This document shows, in pieces, positions 44,189-53,794 of a stretch of 64,000 nt of DNA. Position numbers and translations under genes: made by a program. How positions within the stretch are numbered: position 1 is the stretch's first letter; each line of letters begins with the position of its first letter. Source of the stretch: a virus (lineage: Duplodnaviria > Heunggongvirae > Uroviricota > Caudoviricetes); the IMG/VR virus record IMGVR_UViG_3300033067_000531; one strand, given 5' to 3'. A model generated the notes under the pieces. It ran no database searches and had not been told where the DNA came from. It was given only the letters and a program-made list of their open reading frames with translations.

Positions 44189-44550
44189 TAACTGATAGCC
44201 TCATAAGAACAAACTGCTTCTAGATAACCATTGGCACTTGAAGTCAGTCTAATTGAATCGTTTTCTTCTAGGTATATAATCAAACCTTTATCAATTGGAG
44301 AGAATGAAGTATTTGCTGTAACTGGAACCTGATATGCCATTCTATATGCATTTGTTTGGTTCTTGTATACATCAACAGAAATACTTGCTGTTCCTGTTCC
44401 TGATATGTTTGATACCACGAGAGTATTTATCTTATAGACCGCACCGCTGGCATTTGCATTTGTTACAATAGCTGTTGGAGTTGTGGTCACAACCATGCCG
44501 GTTGTGTTACCATAAATTGTTGATACGTTAACGATATTCATCTGTGACAT
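44188..44550 (-). CDS. Small ~120-aa fibre-cassette protein (adaptor-like paralog 2)
   Basis: NIVNVSTIYGNT, VYKINTL.VSN, V.ANTS...IDK...YLEENDSIR, ending SYEAIS. Confidence 0.8.
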   Translation of the reverse strand: MSQMNIVNVSTIYGNTTGMVVTTTPTAIVTNANASGAVYKINTLVVSNISGTGTASISVDVYKNQTNAYRMAYQVPVTANTSFSPIDKGLIIYLEENDSIRLTSSANGYLEAVCSYEAIS

Positions 44551-44553
44551 TTA

Positions 44554-47427
44554 TTATCCTCCAAAAACTATTGTCATTGCAATAGATTTTCCTAGTGTTG
44601 TTCCTGTGTTTGCTTTTGCGTATGCGTTGTTTGCTTGTGTAAATGCTGCGTCAGCAACAATAGTATTTGTACTGAATGTTCTAACTTCAATGACGGTGTT
44701 TGTTGTTGGAATTTCATCCAGTGTCAGTGTACTACCAACCAATGTATAAGCATCATTTAATTGGTCAACACCGTTTATGTTAACAATAATGTTGTTTGCA
44801 CTTGTTGGAGTTGCAGACAAAACAAATTCATTCGTTGAACCTGTGGAAACAAATGTATCTAGGTTCACACCGATGGATGCAGAACCACCGCCACCACCAC
44901 CTGCCACGGCTAAGTCGTATGCACTATTTGCTTTACTAAATGCGGCATTGGCTTGTGTTCTTGCCCATTCATCGGTGCCAGCACCACCGCCTGTGTTTGC
45001 CTGTGCATATGCAGCAGTTGCCAAATCATAAGCGCTGTTTGCCTTTGCGAATGCTGCGGTAACAGTTGAACTCGAACCGGCTGCATTGGCAGCCTCAAAC
45101 GCAGCATTCGCATATGAACCGGTCAATGTAATATTGATTGCATTGGTGTTTGCCAAACCATATGCTGAGTTGGCATACGAAGATACTAAATTGGCTGTAT
45201 CGAATGCTGAGTTTGCACGAACAAATGCACCGTTTGCAAAGTTTCCTACGGATGCACTGTTATTAAAGGATGTATTTGCTACAAAGAAGGCACCGTTGGC
45301 ATAGTTACCAGCATTAATTGCATACAGTTGTGATGTGTTGGCCTGTTCAAATGCACCAACACCGGTTAGTGTTGCACTGTTTGCTTTACTAAATGCACCG
45401 TTAGCAAATACACCAACATTGGTTGCAAGTGTTGTAGATGAATTGGCAGCATCAAATGCCAAACCTGCTTTTGTATCTGCGGCCGCAGCATTAGTTGTTG
45501 CTGTGTTGGCCTGACTGTATGCTGAGTTGGCATAAACACCAACGTTTGTACCTAACGTAAATGCACCGTTTGCTTGTGTAAATGCACCGTTAGCAAATAC
45601 ACCAACATTGCTTGCAAGAGTTGTTGCACTATTTGCCTGTGTGTATGCACTATTGGCATAAGAACCGGTCAATCCAATGTTAGTTGCATTTGTGTTGGCA
45701 GAACCATATGCAGAGTTTGCATAAGAACCTGCGATTACCGCCTTAGTGTCTGCTGTTGCAGCATTTGTTGTGGCAGTGTTAGCTTGTCCAAATGCGGATG
45801 TACCTAGTGTGGTCGCCGTATTGGCTTGTCCAAATGCAGCTGTACCTAGTGTGGTCGCCGTATTTGCCTGACCGAATGCTGAGTTAGCATATGAACCAGT
45901 TAAGGTGATGTTGGTCGTATTTGTATTGGATGCACCATATGCAGAGTTCGCATATGAACCTGCAATAGTTGCGTTTGTCGTCGCTGTATTTGCCTGACCA
46001 TATGCAGCAGTTGCCAAAATACCGGCCGAGTTTGCTGTTCCATAACTTGCATTGGCTCTGGTAAATGCAGTGGTTGTGTAACCTAATGCATCAATACCAT
46101 CAATAGTAACGGAATACGCAGAAACGTTAGCAATCAATGTGGCTACGTTTGCTGCTGTTGCTGAACCAGCCGGCAATACGTTACCTGTTGGACTTGCAGT
46201 TAGTCCTTTAAACAACAGGTAGTTATTTGTTCCTGCTTGTCTTACCAGACCAGTGTACGTACTTGAGTTTGTTGAACCATAGAAACCAATATCAATTACA
46301 TCACCTACATTATTTGCAGCTAATTGAATCAGTGAATCTGTGGTTTGATATGTTGCAGTGTTAACGTATGTTGCACCACCAGTTAGTGTTAGACTGCCGG
46401 TGATGTTTAGGTCACCAGTAATTGTTCCGCCGGCTTTAGGTAATGCATTATTGGCAACACCGAAAGCGGATGTAGCTAGTGTTGTTGCTGAGTTTGCCTG
46501 ACCATATGCACTATTCGCATAGTTCCCTACGTTGTTTGCTTTATCAAATGCTGCGGTTGCAGTTGCACGAGCAGTAGGATCAGGAGCAGAAGAAGGATTT
46601 AATAGGTCGGTACCAACACCGGCAGATGCACCGTTAGCAATATCAATAAAGACACCTCTTGCTGTACCACCTTGTTCAAAAATACGTAGTTTGTTTTGGT
46701 ACACATCAATCGTTATACCTGAACCTTGTATTGTAGTATTGGTGGCCGATTTATTCAGTAGAATTTCTCCACCCTCATCACCACCTGCGGCCATGGCAAT
46801 CAATTTACCGGTTAGTGTCAAATCACCATTGAATGTGCCGGTTGTGTTGGCTAATGCATTGTTTGCTTTATTATACGCTGATGTTGCCAGTGTATTGGTT
46901 GTATTTGCCTGACCGTATGCACTGTTAGCATAAGAACCTGCGATTACCGCCTTAGTGTCTGCTGTTGCAGCATTTGTTGTGGCAGTATTTGCCTGACCGT
47001 ATGCGCTGATTGCATAATCATATGCAGTGTTTGCCTGACCGAACGCCGCAGTAACAGTTGCACTTGAACCAGCCGCATTGGCAGCTGCAAACGCAGCGGT
47101 TGCTTGGTCGTATGCGGTGTTTGCTTGTGTAAACGCAGCATTAGTTTTAGGATAAATGCTATTGATGTAACTTGTGTGAGTTGCAACAGTAGATTCGGTG
47201 GTGTTTGCTTTACCAAATGCACTAACGGCATAGTTATAAGCAGAATTTGCTTTATCGAATCCAGAATTGGCAGTGTTCCAGATTACATTTCCAGTTTCAA
47301 TAGAAAGTCCACCAAGAATGGTGTTACCTGGAACTCTTGTCCATGTGTTATATGTTGCGCTGTATGTATACAGTATGTTATTAACTACTGTACTTTGTCC
47401 GTCTAATGGTGATACTGGAAATGACAT
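44554..47427 (-). CDS. Long Ala/Asn-rich coiled-coil stalk protein of fibre cassette 2
   Basis: FP.SP.DGQ N-terminal module; dozens of A-N-x-A-Y/F heptads; late beta-sandwich (F.LS..P......V.INGV.Q); ends IAMTIVFGG. Confidence 0.85.
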   Translation of the reverse strand: MSFPVSPLDGQSTVVNNILYTYSATYNTWTRVPGNTILGGLSIETGNVIWNTANSGFDKANSAYNYAVSAFGKANTTESTVATHTSYINSIYPKTNAAFTQANTAYDQATAAFAAANAAGSSATVTAAFGQANTAYDYAISAYGQANTATTNAATADTKAVIAGSYANSAYGQANTTNTLATSAYNKANNALANTTGTFNGDLTLTGKLIAMAAGGDEGGEILLNKSATNTTIQGSGITIDVYQNKLRIFEQGGTARGVFIDIANGASAGVGTDLLNPSSAPDPTARATATAAFDKANNVGNYANSAYGQANSATTLATSAFGVANNALPKAGGTITGDLNITGSLTLTGGATYVNTATYQTTDSLIQLAANNVGDVIDIGFYGSTNSSTYTGLVRQAGTNNYLLFKGLTASPTGNVLPAGSATAANVATLIANVSAYSVTIDGIDALGYTTTAFTRANASYGTANSAGILATAAYGQANTATTNATIAGSYANSAYGASNTNTTNITLTGSYANSAFGQANTATTLGTAAFGQANTATTLGTSAFGQANTATTNAATADTKAVIAGSYANSAYGSANTNATNIGLTGSYANSAYTQANSATTLASNVGVFANGAFTQANGAFTLGTNVGVYANSAYSQANTATTNAAAADTKAGLAFDAANSSTTLATNVGVFANGAFSKANSATLTGVGAFEQANTSQLYAINAGNYANGAFFVANTSFNNSASVGNFANGAFVRANSAFDTANLVSSYANSAYGLANTNAINITLTGSYANAAFEAANAAGSSSTVTAAFAKANSAYDLATAAYAQANTGGGAGTDEWARTQANAAFSKANSAYDLAVAGGGGGGSASIGVNLDTFVSTGSTNEFVLSATPTSANNIIVNINGVDQLNDAYTLVGSTLTLDEIPTTNTVIEVRTFSTNTIVADAAFTQANNAYAKANTGTTLGKSIAMTIVFGG
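45719..46986. repeat. 59-bp perfect direct repeat pair (45719-45777 and 46928-46986), 1209 bp apart, in frame
   Basis: GCATAAGAACCTGCGATTACCGCCTTAGTGTCTGCTGTTGCAGCATTTGTTGTGGCAGT occurs twice. Confidence 0.9.
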
Positions 47428-47457
47428 TGATTACCTTGAATGTTATATCTCTAGTAT

Positions 47458-48591
47458 TTATTGGTATCGGTAACAGAAAATTACAGCACCGCCGCCACCA
47501 CTACCTAGGTATGTTATTGAAGTAGTTGTGGCATCCGGTATTATACTGCCGCCGCCACCGCCGCCATACCCAGCAAATCCGACTGTTCCTGGTGAGGTTG
47601 CACTTGTCGTGGTTGGTGCTCCGCCGTGACCGGCCGTTTGTGTTGCAGCTGTATCGGCTGGACCGCATAAACCTGGTCTGGCACGTGTGCCAGGGGTAAC
47701 GCCGTTAGATGCACACCAAAAATATCCTCGAGCTCCGGCGCCGCCAGCTCCATAATAACTGTTAGTTCTTGGCCACAGATAACCGTCTCCGCCGTATCCA
47801 CTTTGTGCTACTGTAAAACCATATAATCCTGGTTTACCAACACCCATGGCACCACCTCCGCCGCCGCCGGCTTGATATGTTACCGATGATGTTGTTATAT
47901 CATATGTGCCGCCGTTATTACCTAGTTGTGGTGCAACTACGTTTGTTGCTGTTGGAACGTATCCTCCGGAACTTGATCCATATGCTGATCCACCTGCTCC
48001 GGATGCACCGGCCGTGCCGTTTCTAGTTCTAGTTATCGTACCAACTCTAATAATACCAGTGGCAGAACCACCACCACCAGCAGAATAGGAATGCCCCCTG
48101 TTGGACTCGACAATTGAATTTCCGCCTGGTATAGCATCTATGCCGGTATCACTGGTTGTGTTTACTACAGCACCCTGACCAACCGTGACCGTGAATGTTG
48201 TTCCTGGTTCGACCCAAGTACTAACAACAGTCACACCTCCACCACCTCCACCACCAGAAACCAACGAACTTATTTGAGTTCCACTGTTGTTTTTTATAAT
48301 TCCACCTGATCCACCACCACCCACAAGTAATATTTCTAATTGTCCGGAACCATTCACAACAGTGAAGGTTCCGTTTGCAGTGAATGTGTGTGTTTTATAA
48401 TTTGCATTATCTGTAGCTGTGCCGATTGTTCCACCGGTTGCAGAGTAAATAAAACCGGTACCTAATGGCCAAATTGGATTGGGTCCTGTATTGTAGATGG
48501 CTGCATCGTGAATAAAGAATACACCATTGGCATAGTTTTGTGTTGGTAGTGCATATGCACCAATAACTCCACCGTTACTTCTACTTCTCAT
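47458..48591 (-). CDS. Glycine-rich virion protein (head of fibre cassette 1)
   Basis: MRSRSNGGVIG N-terminus; ATGG....Y.THTFT..GTF.V, LLVGGGG.GG, C-terminal GSGGGGAVI..Y. Confidence 0.78.
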   Translation of the reverse strand: MRSRSNGGVIGAYALPTQNYANGVFFIHDAAIYNTGPNPIWPLGTGFIYSATGGTIGTATDNANYKTHTFTANGTFTVVNGSGQLEILLVGGGGSGGIIKNNSGTQISSLVSGGGGGGGVTVVSTWVEPGTTFTVTVGQGAVVNTTSDTGIDAIPGGNSIVESNRGHSYSAGGGGSATGIIRVGTITRTRNGTAGASGAGGSAYGSSSGGYVPTATNVVAPQLGNNGGTYDITTSSVTYQAGGGGGGAMGVGKPGLYGFTVAQSGYGGDGYLWPRTNSYYGAGGAGARGYFWCASNGVTPGTRARPGLCGPADTAATQTAGHGGAPTTTSATSPGTVGFAGYGGGGGGSIIPDATTTSITYLGSGGGGAVIFCYRYQ

Positions 48592-48593
48592 AA

Positions 48594-48962
48594 TTAACCA
48601 ATTGTTTCAAAAGAAATTGTGAAATGGCAGGTGTAACCTGTTGCAACGTTGCAACGAAGCGAATCACCTTCCAACAAATAAATGGCAGTATCTTTTGCTT
48701 GAACAACCAGTGATGAGTTGCCTGGTACAGTTGTGTTCGCAGCCAAGAAATTACCTACACCGTTTCTGAATACGTCCACACCAATAGGAATATTAACTGC
48801 ATTTGGATTAGCAACCATGATAGTATTCAATTTGTATGCTTGACCACTATTAACTGCATTAGTCAATACGTTGGCCATGGCAATACTTGCGGCACCATTT
48901 GCTTGATAGAAAATGGTGTTACCGTAAATATTATTTGTTAAGATTAAATTTGGTGCGCTCAT
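48594..48962 (-). CDS. Small ~120-aa fibre-cassette protein (adaptor-like paralog 1)
   Basis: APNL......IYGNT, AYKLNTIMVAN, VPGNSSL.V..K...YLLEGDSLR, ending SFETIG. Confidence 0.8.
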   Translation of the reverse strand: MSAPNLILTNNIYGNTIFYQANGAASIAMANVLTNAVNSGQAYKLNTIMVANPNAVNIPIGVDVFRNGVGNFLAANTTVPGNSSLVVQAKDTAIYLLEGDSLRCNVATGYTCHFTISFETIG

Positions 48963-51900
48963 TTAGAAACCTCCAAAAATCATGGCGTGAGCTGCTGCAC
49001 GTCCATAACCTGTATAAGTGTAAGATATTACTGTGTTACCTACTGTGACTGTTGGTGAACCAATGTCGATCCAGTAGTAGTTTGTTCCATCTGCTGTGAT
49101 CCATTGATACATAATGTCTGCATCGGTCTTGTACCAGATAGCACTTGTTGATGGGTTATCTGGTGGTGTTTCACCTGTATGGTATGTAGGTGCAACGATG
49201 GAGTTTGCCTTGTTGTATGCACCTGTTGCCAATGCAATACTTGTGTTGGTTGTTCCGAATGCTGCATTAGCGGTATCATATGCCGCATTAGCATGACCTC
49301 TTGCCCAACCGTCAATAGATGTACCACCTGTTACCAGTGTATTTGCATATGCGTATGCGGAGTTTGCTAATACATATGCATCATTGGCCTTAGTAAATGC
49401 ACCACCTGCTGTACTGGTCACATTTGTAATCTGTGTGTTCTGATAAGAATCTACACCTTGAATAACTGTGATTGCACCAGCATTAGTATTCGCTGTACCA
49501 AATGCTGCGTTTGCTAACACTAAGGCTTGATTACCGACTACTTCATTGTTCGCAACAGCAAAGGCTGCGTTGACCAATGTTAGTGTGGAACTAATCTGTG
49601 TATTTTGGTAAGAATCTACACCTTGGATATTGCTGATGTTGGTTGCATTGGTGTTTGCCAAACTAAATGCAGCATTAGAGAAACTTTGTTCTAGTGCCAG
49701 TGTTTGTGCATTGGTGTTTGCCAAACCAAATGCCGAGTTGGCATATGAACCTGCAATACCCGCATCAGTTGTTGCTGTGTTGGCCTTGGTGTATGCAGAG
49801 TTAGCATACGATGCAACCAAAGTAACATTGGTGTTCTGCACTAAGTTGACACCAGCCAAATCTAACGTGTTATTGTATGCAGGATATGCATAGTTGTATG
49901 CGTTGTTTGCTAATGTATATGCGTTACCTGCATCAGTTGTTGCTGTGTTTGCCTGACCGTATGCCAATAGACCTGTTGCCAGTGCTGTATCAGCAACATC
50001 ACCCGCAGAATTGGCTTTACCATACGCAGCTGTTGCTAAAATGTTTGTTGTGTTTGCTTGACCATATGCACTTGTTGTTAGTATACCAACAGAGTTTGCG
50101 TAATCAAATGCAGAAGTGGCCAAGATGTTTGTTGTGTTTGACTTGGCAAAGGCACCGTTAGCAAATACACCTGCATTATTGGCTCTTGCAAACGCAGCTT
50201 GAGTGATATCGTAAGTTAGGTTTGCATGACCATAAGCATTATCTGCCAACACATACACAGCATTGGATTGACCAAATGCCGAATTAGCACGTTCAAATGC
50301 ACCATTGGCATATGTTCCAACTAAAACACCACCCAGTTGATACGCTGTATTTGCAGCATCAAAAGCAAGATTTGCCTGGGTAAATGCACCGTTAGCAAAT
50401 GAGCCACTGTTTACTGCATAGTCATAAGAACTATTGGCCTTAGCGAACGCACTGGTTGTTAGTGTTGCGTTTGTGTTGACTGTATCAAATGATGCATTTG
50501 CAAGGATGTATGCAGCATTCGCCTGTGCAAATGCACCGTTGGCAAATACACCAGCAACACCACCACCAATTTGGTAAGCGGCATTCGCCATTTCAAATGC
50601 TGAGTTGGCGTATATACCTACGTTGTTAGCAACATCGAAAGCACTAGATGCCAGAATGTTAACTGTGTTTGCCTTAGAGAAGGCACCGTTGGCAAATACA
50701 CCTGCATTGTTTGCACGACCAAAGGCACTAGATGCCAATATGGTACCAGTATTTGCCTGACCATAACCTAGGTTTGCAGTATCGTATGCGGAGATTAAAT
50801 CTGCTTGCAATACTGTTACTGCATCACCAACTGTGTTTGCTTTCTCAAATGCACCGTTGGCAAAGTTGCCAGCATTAGTTGCATATAATTGTGCAGTGTT
50901 TGCTTTGGAGAAGGCACCATTTGCGTATATGCCTGAGTTGTTAGCTCTTGCATATGCGGAAACGGAGTAACTATAACCTAGGTTAGCGGTCTCGAATGAA
51001 GAAGTTAATTCTCCTTGTACCAAGACCAGTGTTTCTGCTGTTGTATTTGCTTGTGCAAAGGCACCGTTAGCATAATCACCTGCATTTGTTGCATATGTGT
51101 ATGCTGCATTAGCACGACCATAAGCACTATTTGCATAGTTACCTACGTTGTTTGCCTTGATATATGCAGAGTTAGCATATGAACCAGTCAATGTAACGTT
51201 GGTGTTTTGATATGCATCGACACCACTTTGGTTTGTTAGGTCTGTGCTGTATGTGGAAGAATCAACAGGAGTAAAACCTAATGCACCAGTAACATCACCT
51301 GAATTTAATGTGACTGCACCAGTTCTTGTATTGAATGTGGTCACCGGTGTTTGTGAACTGATACTAGCCACACGGCCGTATGAGTCCACAACCAATGATG
51401 GATATGTGTATGTGCCACCAGTTACACCTGTCGTTGCCAGGTCAATAGTAATGTCTGTTGTTCCTGATGAGGTGATTCTACCGGATGTACCAGAAACTGT
51501 TGCAACTCTATTATTTGCCAATACATATGCGCTGTTGGCCTTATCAAATGCCAAGTTTGCATGTGTTGCAATATTCAATCCAGATATGGTGATTGCGTTG
51601 GCTTCTACTGTACCAAGTTTTAATGTGTCATAGACAGCGTTGGTGAAATCTACGGTAGTTGATGGTTCCGAAACTACATTACTAAACAATTTCCACTTAC
51701 CATCGTTCGCATCACGAACAAAACCTGTGTGTTGGTAAGTACCATCATTAAATGCACCAACAATACCAATATCAATTGTATTTGTGTTATTGTTGTTTGC
51801 CAAATAGATGATAGAATCATCCAATGTCAAGTTGTTTGCAGACACCGATGTGGCATTACCACCAATGTATAAGTTACCAGAGATGCGCAAGTCGTTACTG

Positions 51901-53759
51901 ATGAAAACATTACCTGTTACACTCAAGGCATTTGCAGATGATGTATCTGTAATACTCAATGAACCGGTAATAGAATCACCGGACTTACTTACCTTTGTAT
52001 CAATAATGTTCTTTAGGTAAGTGTTGGCTGTGTTTGTATATGTAATTACATCAATACCAGAAGATGTAGTGAAACTGTTTGCAACAACTGGACGATAGAA
52101 TTCTACGTTTGCATTGTATTTGAAACGTGCAATCTCGTCATAGTTCTGACCCTGAACAAAAGAAATGTCTGCGAAACCACCTGAACCTGCGGTACCAAGA
52201 GTTAAGTTACCACCATAACTGGACGCTGTATTACCGACCAAGAACAACCAACCATCGTTTGGTTGAGAGAATGGATATGCATTGAAGGTTGAATTGTCGT
52301 AAGTACTACCGGCCAGACCCATATCAATAAAGTTGACTGTATCTGTTCCGTTATCAGCAGTAATAACGATATCACCTGAACCATTGGCACGTAAGTTCTG
52401 TTGGTTGATTTGTGAATATAAATCGGAAGAACCTGTGAACTGAGCAATCAAGTTAGGTAATACTTGATAAGAACCTGTACCAACAGACAAACTGTTGTAT
52501 ACGTTTGCACGACCTGGTACTGTGAAGTTATTGGCAACAGTAATATCTGTCGTATTGGCTAATGCATTATTTGCCTTTGTGTATGCACTGTTGGCATAAG
52601 ATGCAACCAATGTAATATTGGTATTCTGTACCAAGTCAACACCTTGGATGTTGGTGATGTTGGTTGCATTGGTATTCGCAGCATCGAAAGCCGCTTGAAT
52701 AGATGTGTTCTGTACTAAGTTGACACCTTCAATCGCAGTAATATTGGTTGCATTGGTGTTGGCCTTAGTGAAGGCACCATTAGCGTAAGAACTAACCAAT
52801 GTAATATTGGTGTTCTGTAATAGGTTTACACCTTGCAATGCAGTAATATTGGTTGCATTGGTGTTGGCTGCATCAAATGCTGATTGAATGGAAGTATTTT
52901 GTGTTAAGTCAACATCTTGTAGTGCATCAATTACCAAAGCATTGGTGTTGGCTTGGTCATAAGCACTATTTGCATGATTTCTTGCCAATGCATCAATTGA
53001 ACCACCAGACAGAGCAATCGTATTTGCGTATGCGAATGCTGCGTTTGCGTGACCCCAAGATAATGATATGGATGTGTTCTGTGTTAGGTCTACACCACGC
53101 AGTTCATCAATTCCGATTGCGTTTGTGTTTGCCGCATCAAATGCACCGTTGGCAAATACACCAACGTTAGTGATGAAAGTATTTTGTCCAAGGTTAACAC
53201 CTTCAATATTGGTAATACTTGTTGCATTTGTGTTGGACTTGGCAAAGGCACCATTTGCAAAAGTGGCTGCATTAAGAATTGCAGCATTTTGGGATGCATC
53301 GACACCACCTTGTGATTGTGTTGCTGTGTATGCTGGTAGAATATAGTTTGTGTAATCAGAATTGGCTTTATCGAAAGCTGCATTTGCTCTGATGTATGCA
53401 CCATTTGCATATGTTTGTGTGTTGATTGTTACACTATTTTGATATGCATCCACACCTTGCAAGTAAATGATATCTGTGATGGCAGTATTGACCATCGCAT
53501 TAATAGCATTCACGTAGTTCCAAGATGCACCAGCTGTGTACTGTATAGAACCGTCACCAAATGTTACGTTAGGAAAACGACCTGCTGCGGCCGAGGTTCT
53601 TGCAATAACGTTAACGGTATTTGATGAGTCTTTGTAAAAAATTATACCATCAGGTACATTGATGGCCAATTCACCAATAATTAAATTGGTGTTTGCTGGT
53701 ACACTACCGGATGTATTTGAATAGTATAACTGAATCGGGGTTGAATTGGATGCAGCCAT
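48963..53759 (-). CDS. 1598-aa fibre stalk protein with Mtd_N-like N-terminus (cassette 1)
   Basis: IQL.YS......P....L..GELAIN..DG..F.K N-terminus; >100 Ala/Asn heptads with GVD..QNT nodes; C-terminal PP.NP....W...D..MY.W module; ends AMIFGGF. Confidence 0.85.
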   Translation of the reverse strand: MAASNSTPIQLYYSNTSGSVPANTNLIIGELAINVPDGIIFYKDSSNTVNVIARTSAAAGRFPNVTFGDGSIQYTAGASWNYVNAINAMVNTAITDIIYLQGVDAYQNSVTINTQTYANGAYIRANAAFDKANSDYTNYILPAYTATQSQGGVDASQNAAILNAATFANGAFAKSNTNATSITNIEGVNLGQNTFITNVGVFANGAFDAANTNAIGIDELRGVDLTQNTSISLSWGHANAAFAYANTIALSGGSIDALARNHANSAYDQANTNALVIDALQDVDLTQNTSIQSAFDAANTNATNITALQGVNLLQNTNITLVSSYANGAFTKANTNATNITAIEGVNLVQNTSIQAAFDAANTNATNITNIQGVDLVQNTNITLVASYANSAYTKANNALANTTDITVANNFTVPGRANVYNSLSVGTGSYQVLPNLIAQFTGSSDLYSQINQQNLRANGSGDIVITADNGTDTVNFIDMGLAGSTYDNSTFNAYPFSQPNDGWLFLVGNTASSYGGNLTLGTAGSGGFADISFVQGQNYDEIARFKYNANVEFYRPVVANSFTTSSGIDVITYTNTANTYLKNIIDTKVSKSGDSITGSLSITDTSSANALSVTGNVFISNDLRISGNLYIGGNATSVSANNLTLDDSIIYLANNNNTNTIDIGIVGAFNDGTYQHTGFVRDANDGKWKLFSNVVSEPSTTVDFTNAVYDTLKLGTVEANAITISGLNIATHANLAFDKANSAYVLANNRVATVSGTSGRITSSGTTDITIDLATTGVTGGTYTYPSLVVDSYGRVASISSQTPVTTFNTRTGAVTLNSGDVTGALGFTPVDSSTYSTDLTNQSGVDAYQNTNVTLTGSYANSAYIKANNVGNYANSAYGRANAAYTYATNAGDYANGAFAQANTTAETLVLVQGELTSSFETANLGYSYSVSAYARANNSGIYANGAFSKANTAQLYATNAGNFANGAFEKANTVGDAVTVLQADLISAYDTANLGYGQANTGTILASSAFGRANNAGVFANGAFSKANTVNILASSAFDVANNVGIYANSAFEMANAAYQIGGGVAGVFANGAFAQANAAYILANASFDTVNTNATLTTSAFAKANSSYDYAVNSGSFANGAFTQANLAFDAANTAYQLGGVLVGTYANGAFERANSAFGQSNAVYVLADNAYGHANLTYDITQAAFARANNAGVFANGAFAKSNTTNILATSAFDYANSVGILTTSAYGQANTTNILATAAYGKANSAGDVADTALATGLLAYGQANTATTDAGNAYTLANNAYNYAYPAYNNTLDLAGVNLVQNTNVTLVASYANSAYTKANTATTDAGIAGSYANSAFGLANTNAQTLALEQSFSNAAFSLANTNATNISNIQGVDSYQNTQISSTLTLVNAAFAVANNEVVGNQALVLANAAFGTANTNAGAITVIQGVDSYQNTQITNVTSTAGGAFTKANDAYVLANSAYAYANTLVTGGTSIDGWARGHANAAYDTANAAFGTTNTSIALATGAYNKANSIVAPTYHTGETPPDNPSTSAIWYKTDADIMYQWITADGTNYYWIDIGSPTVTVGNTVISYTYTGYGRAAAHAMIFGGF

Positions 53760-53794
53760 CGTTGCCTTACTCTTTTAATTATTGTATCTACTAT

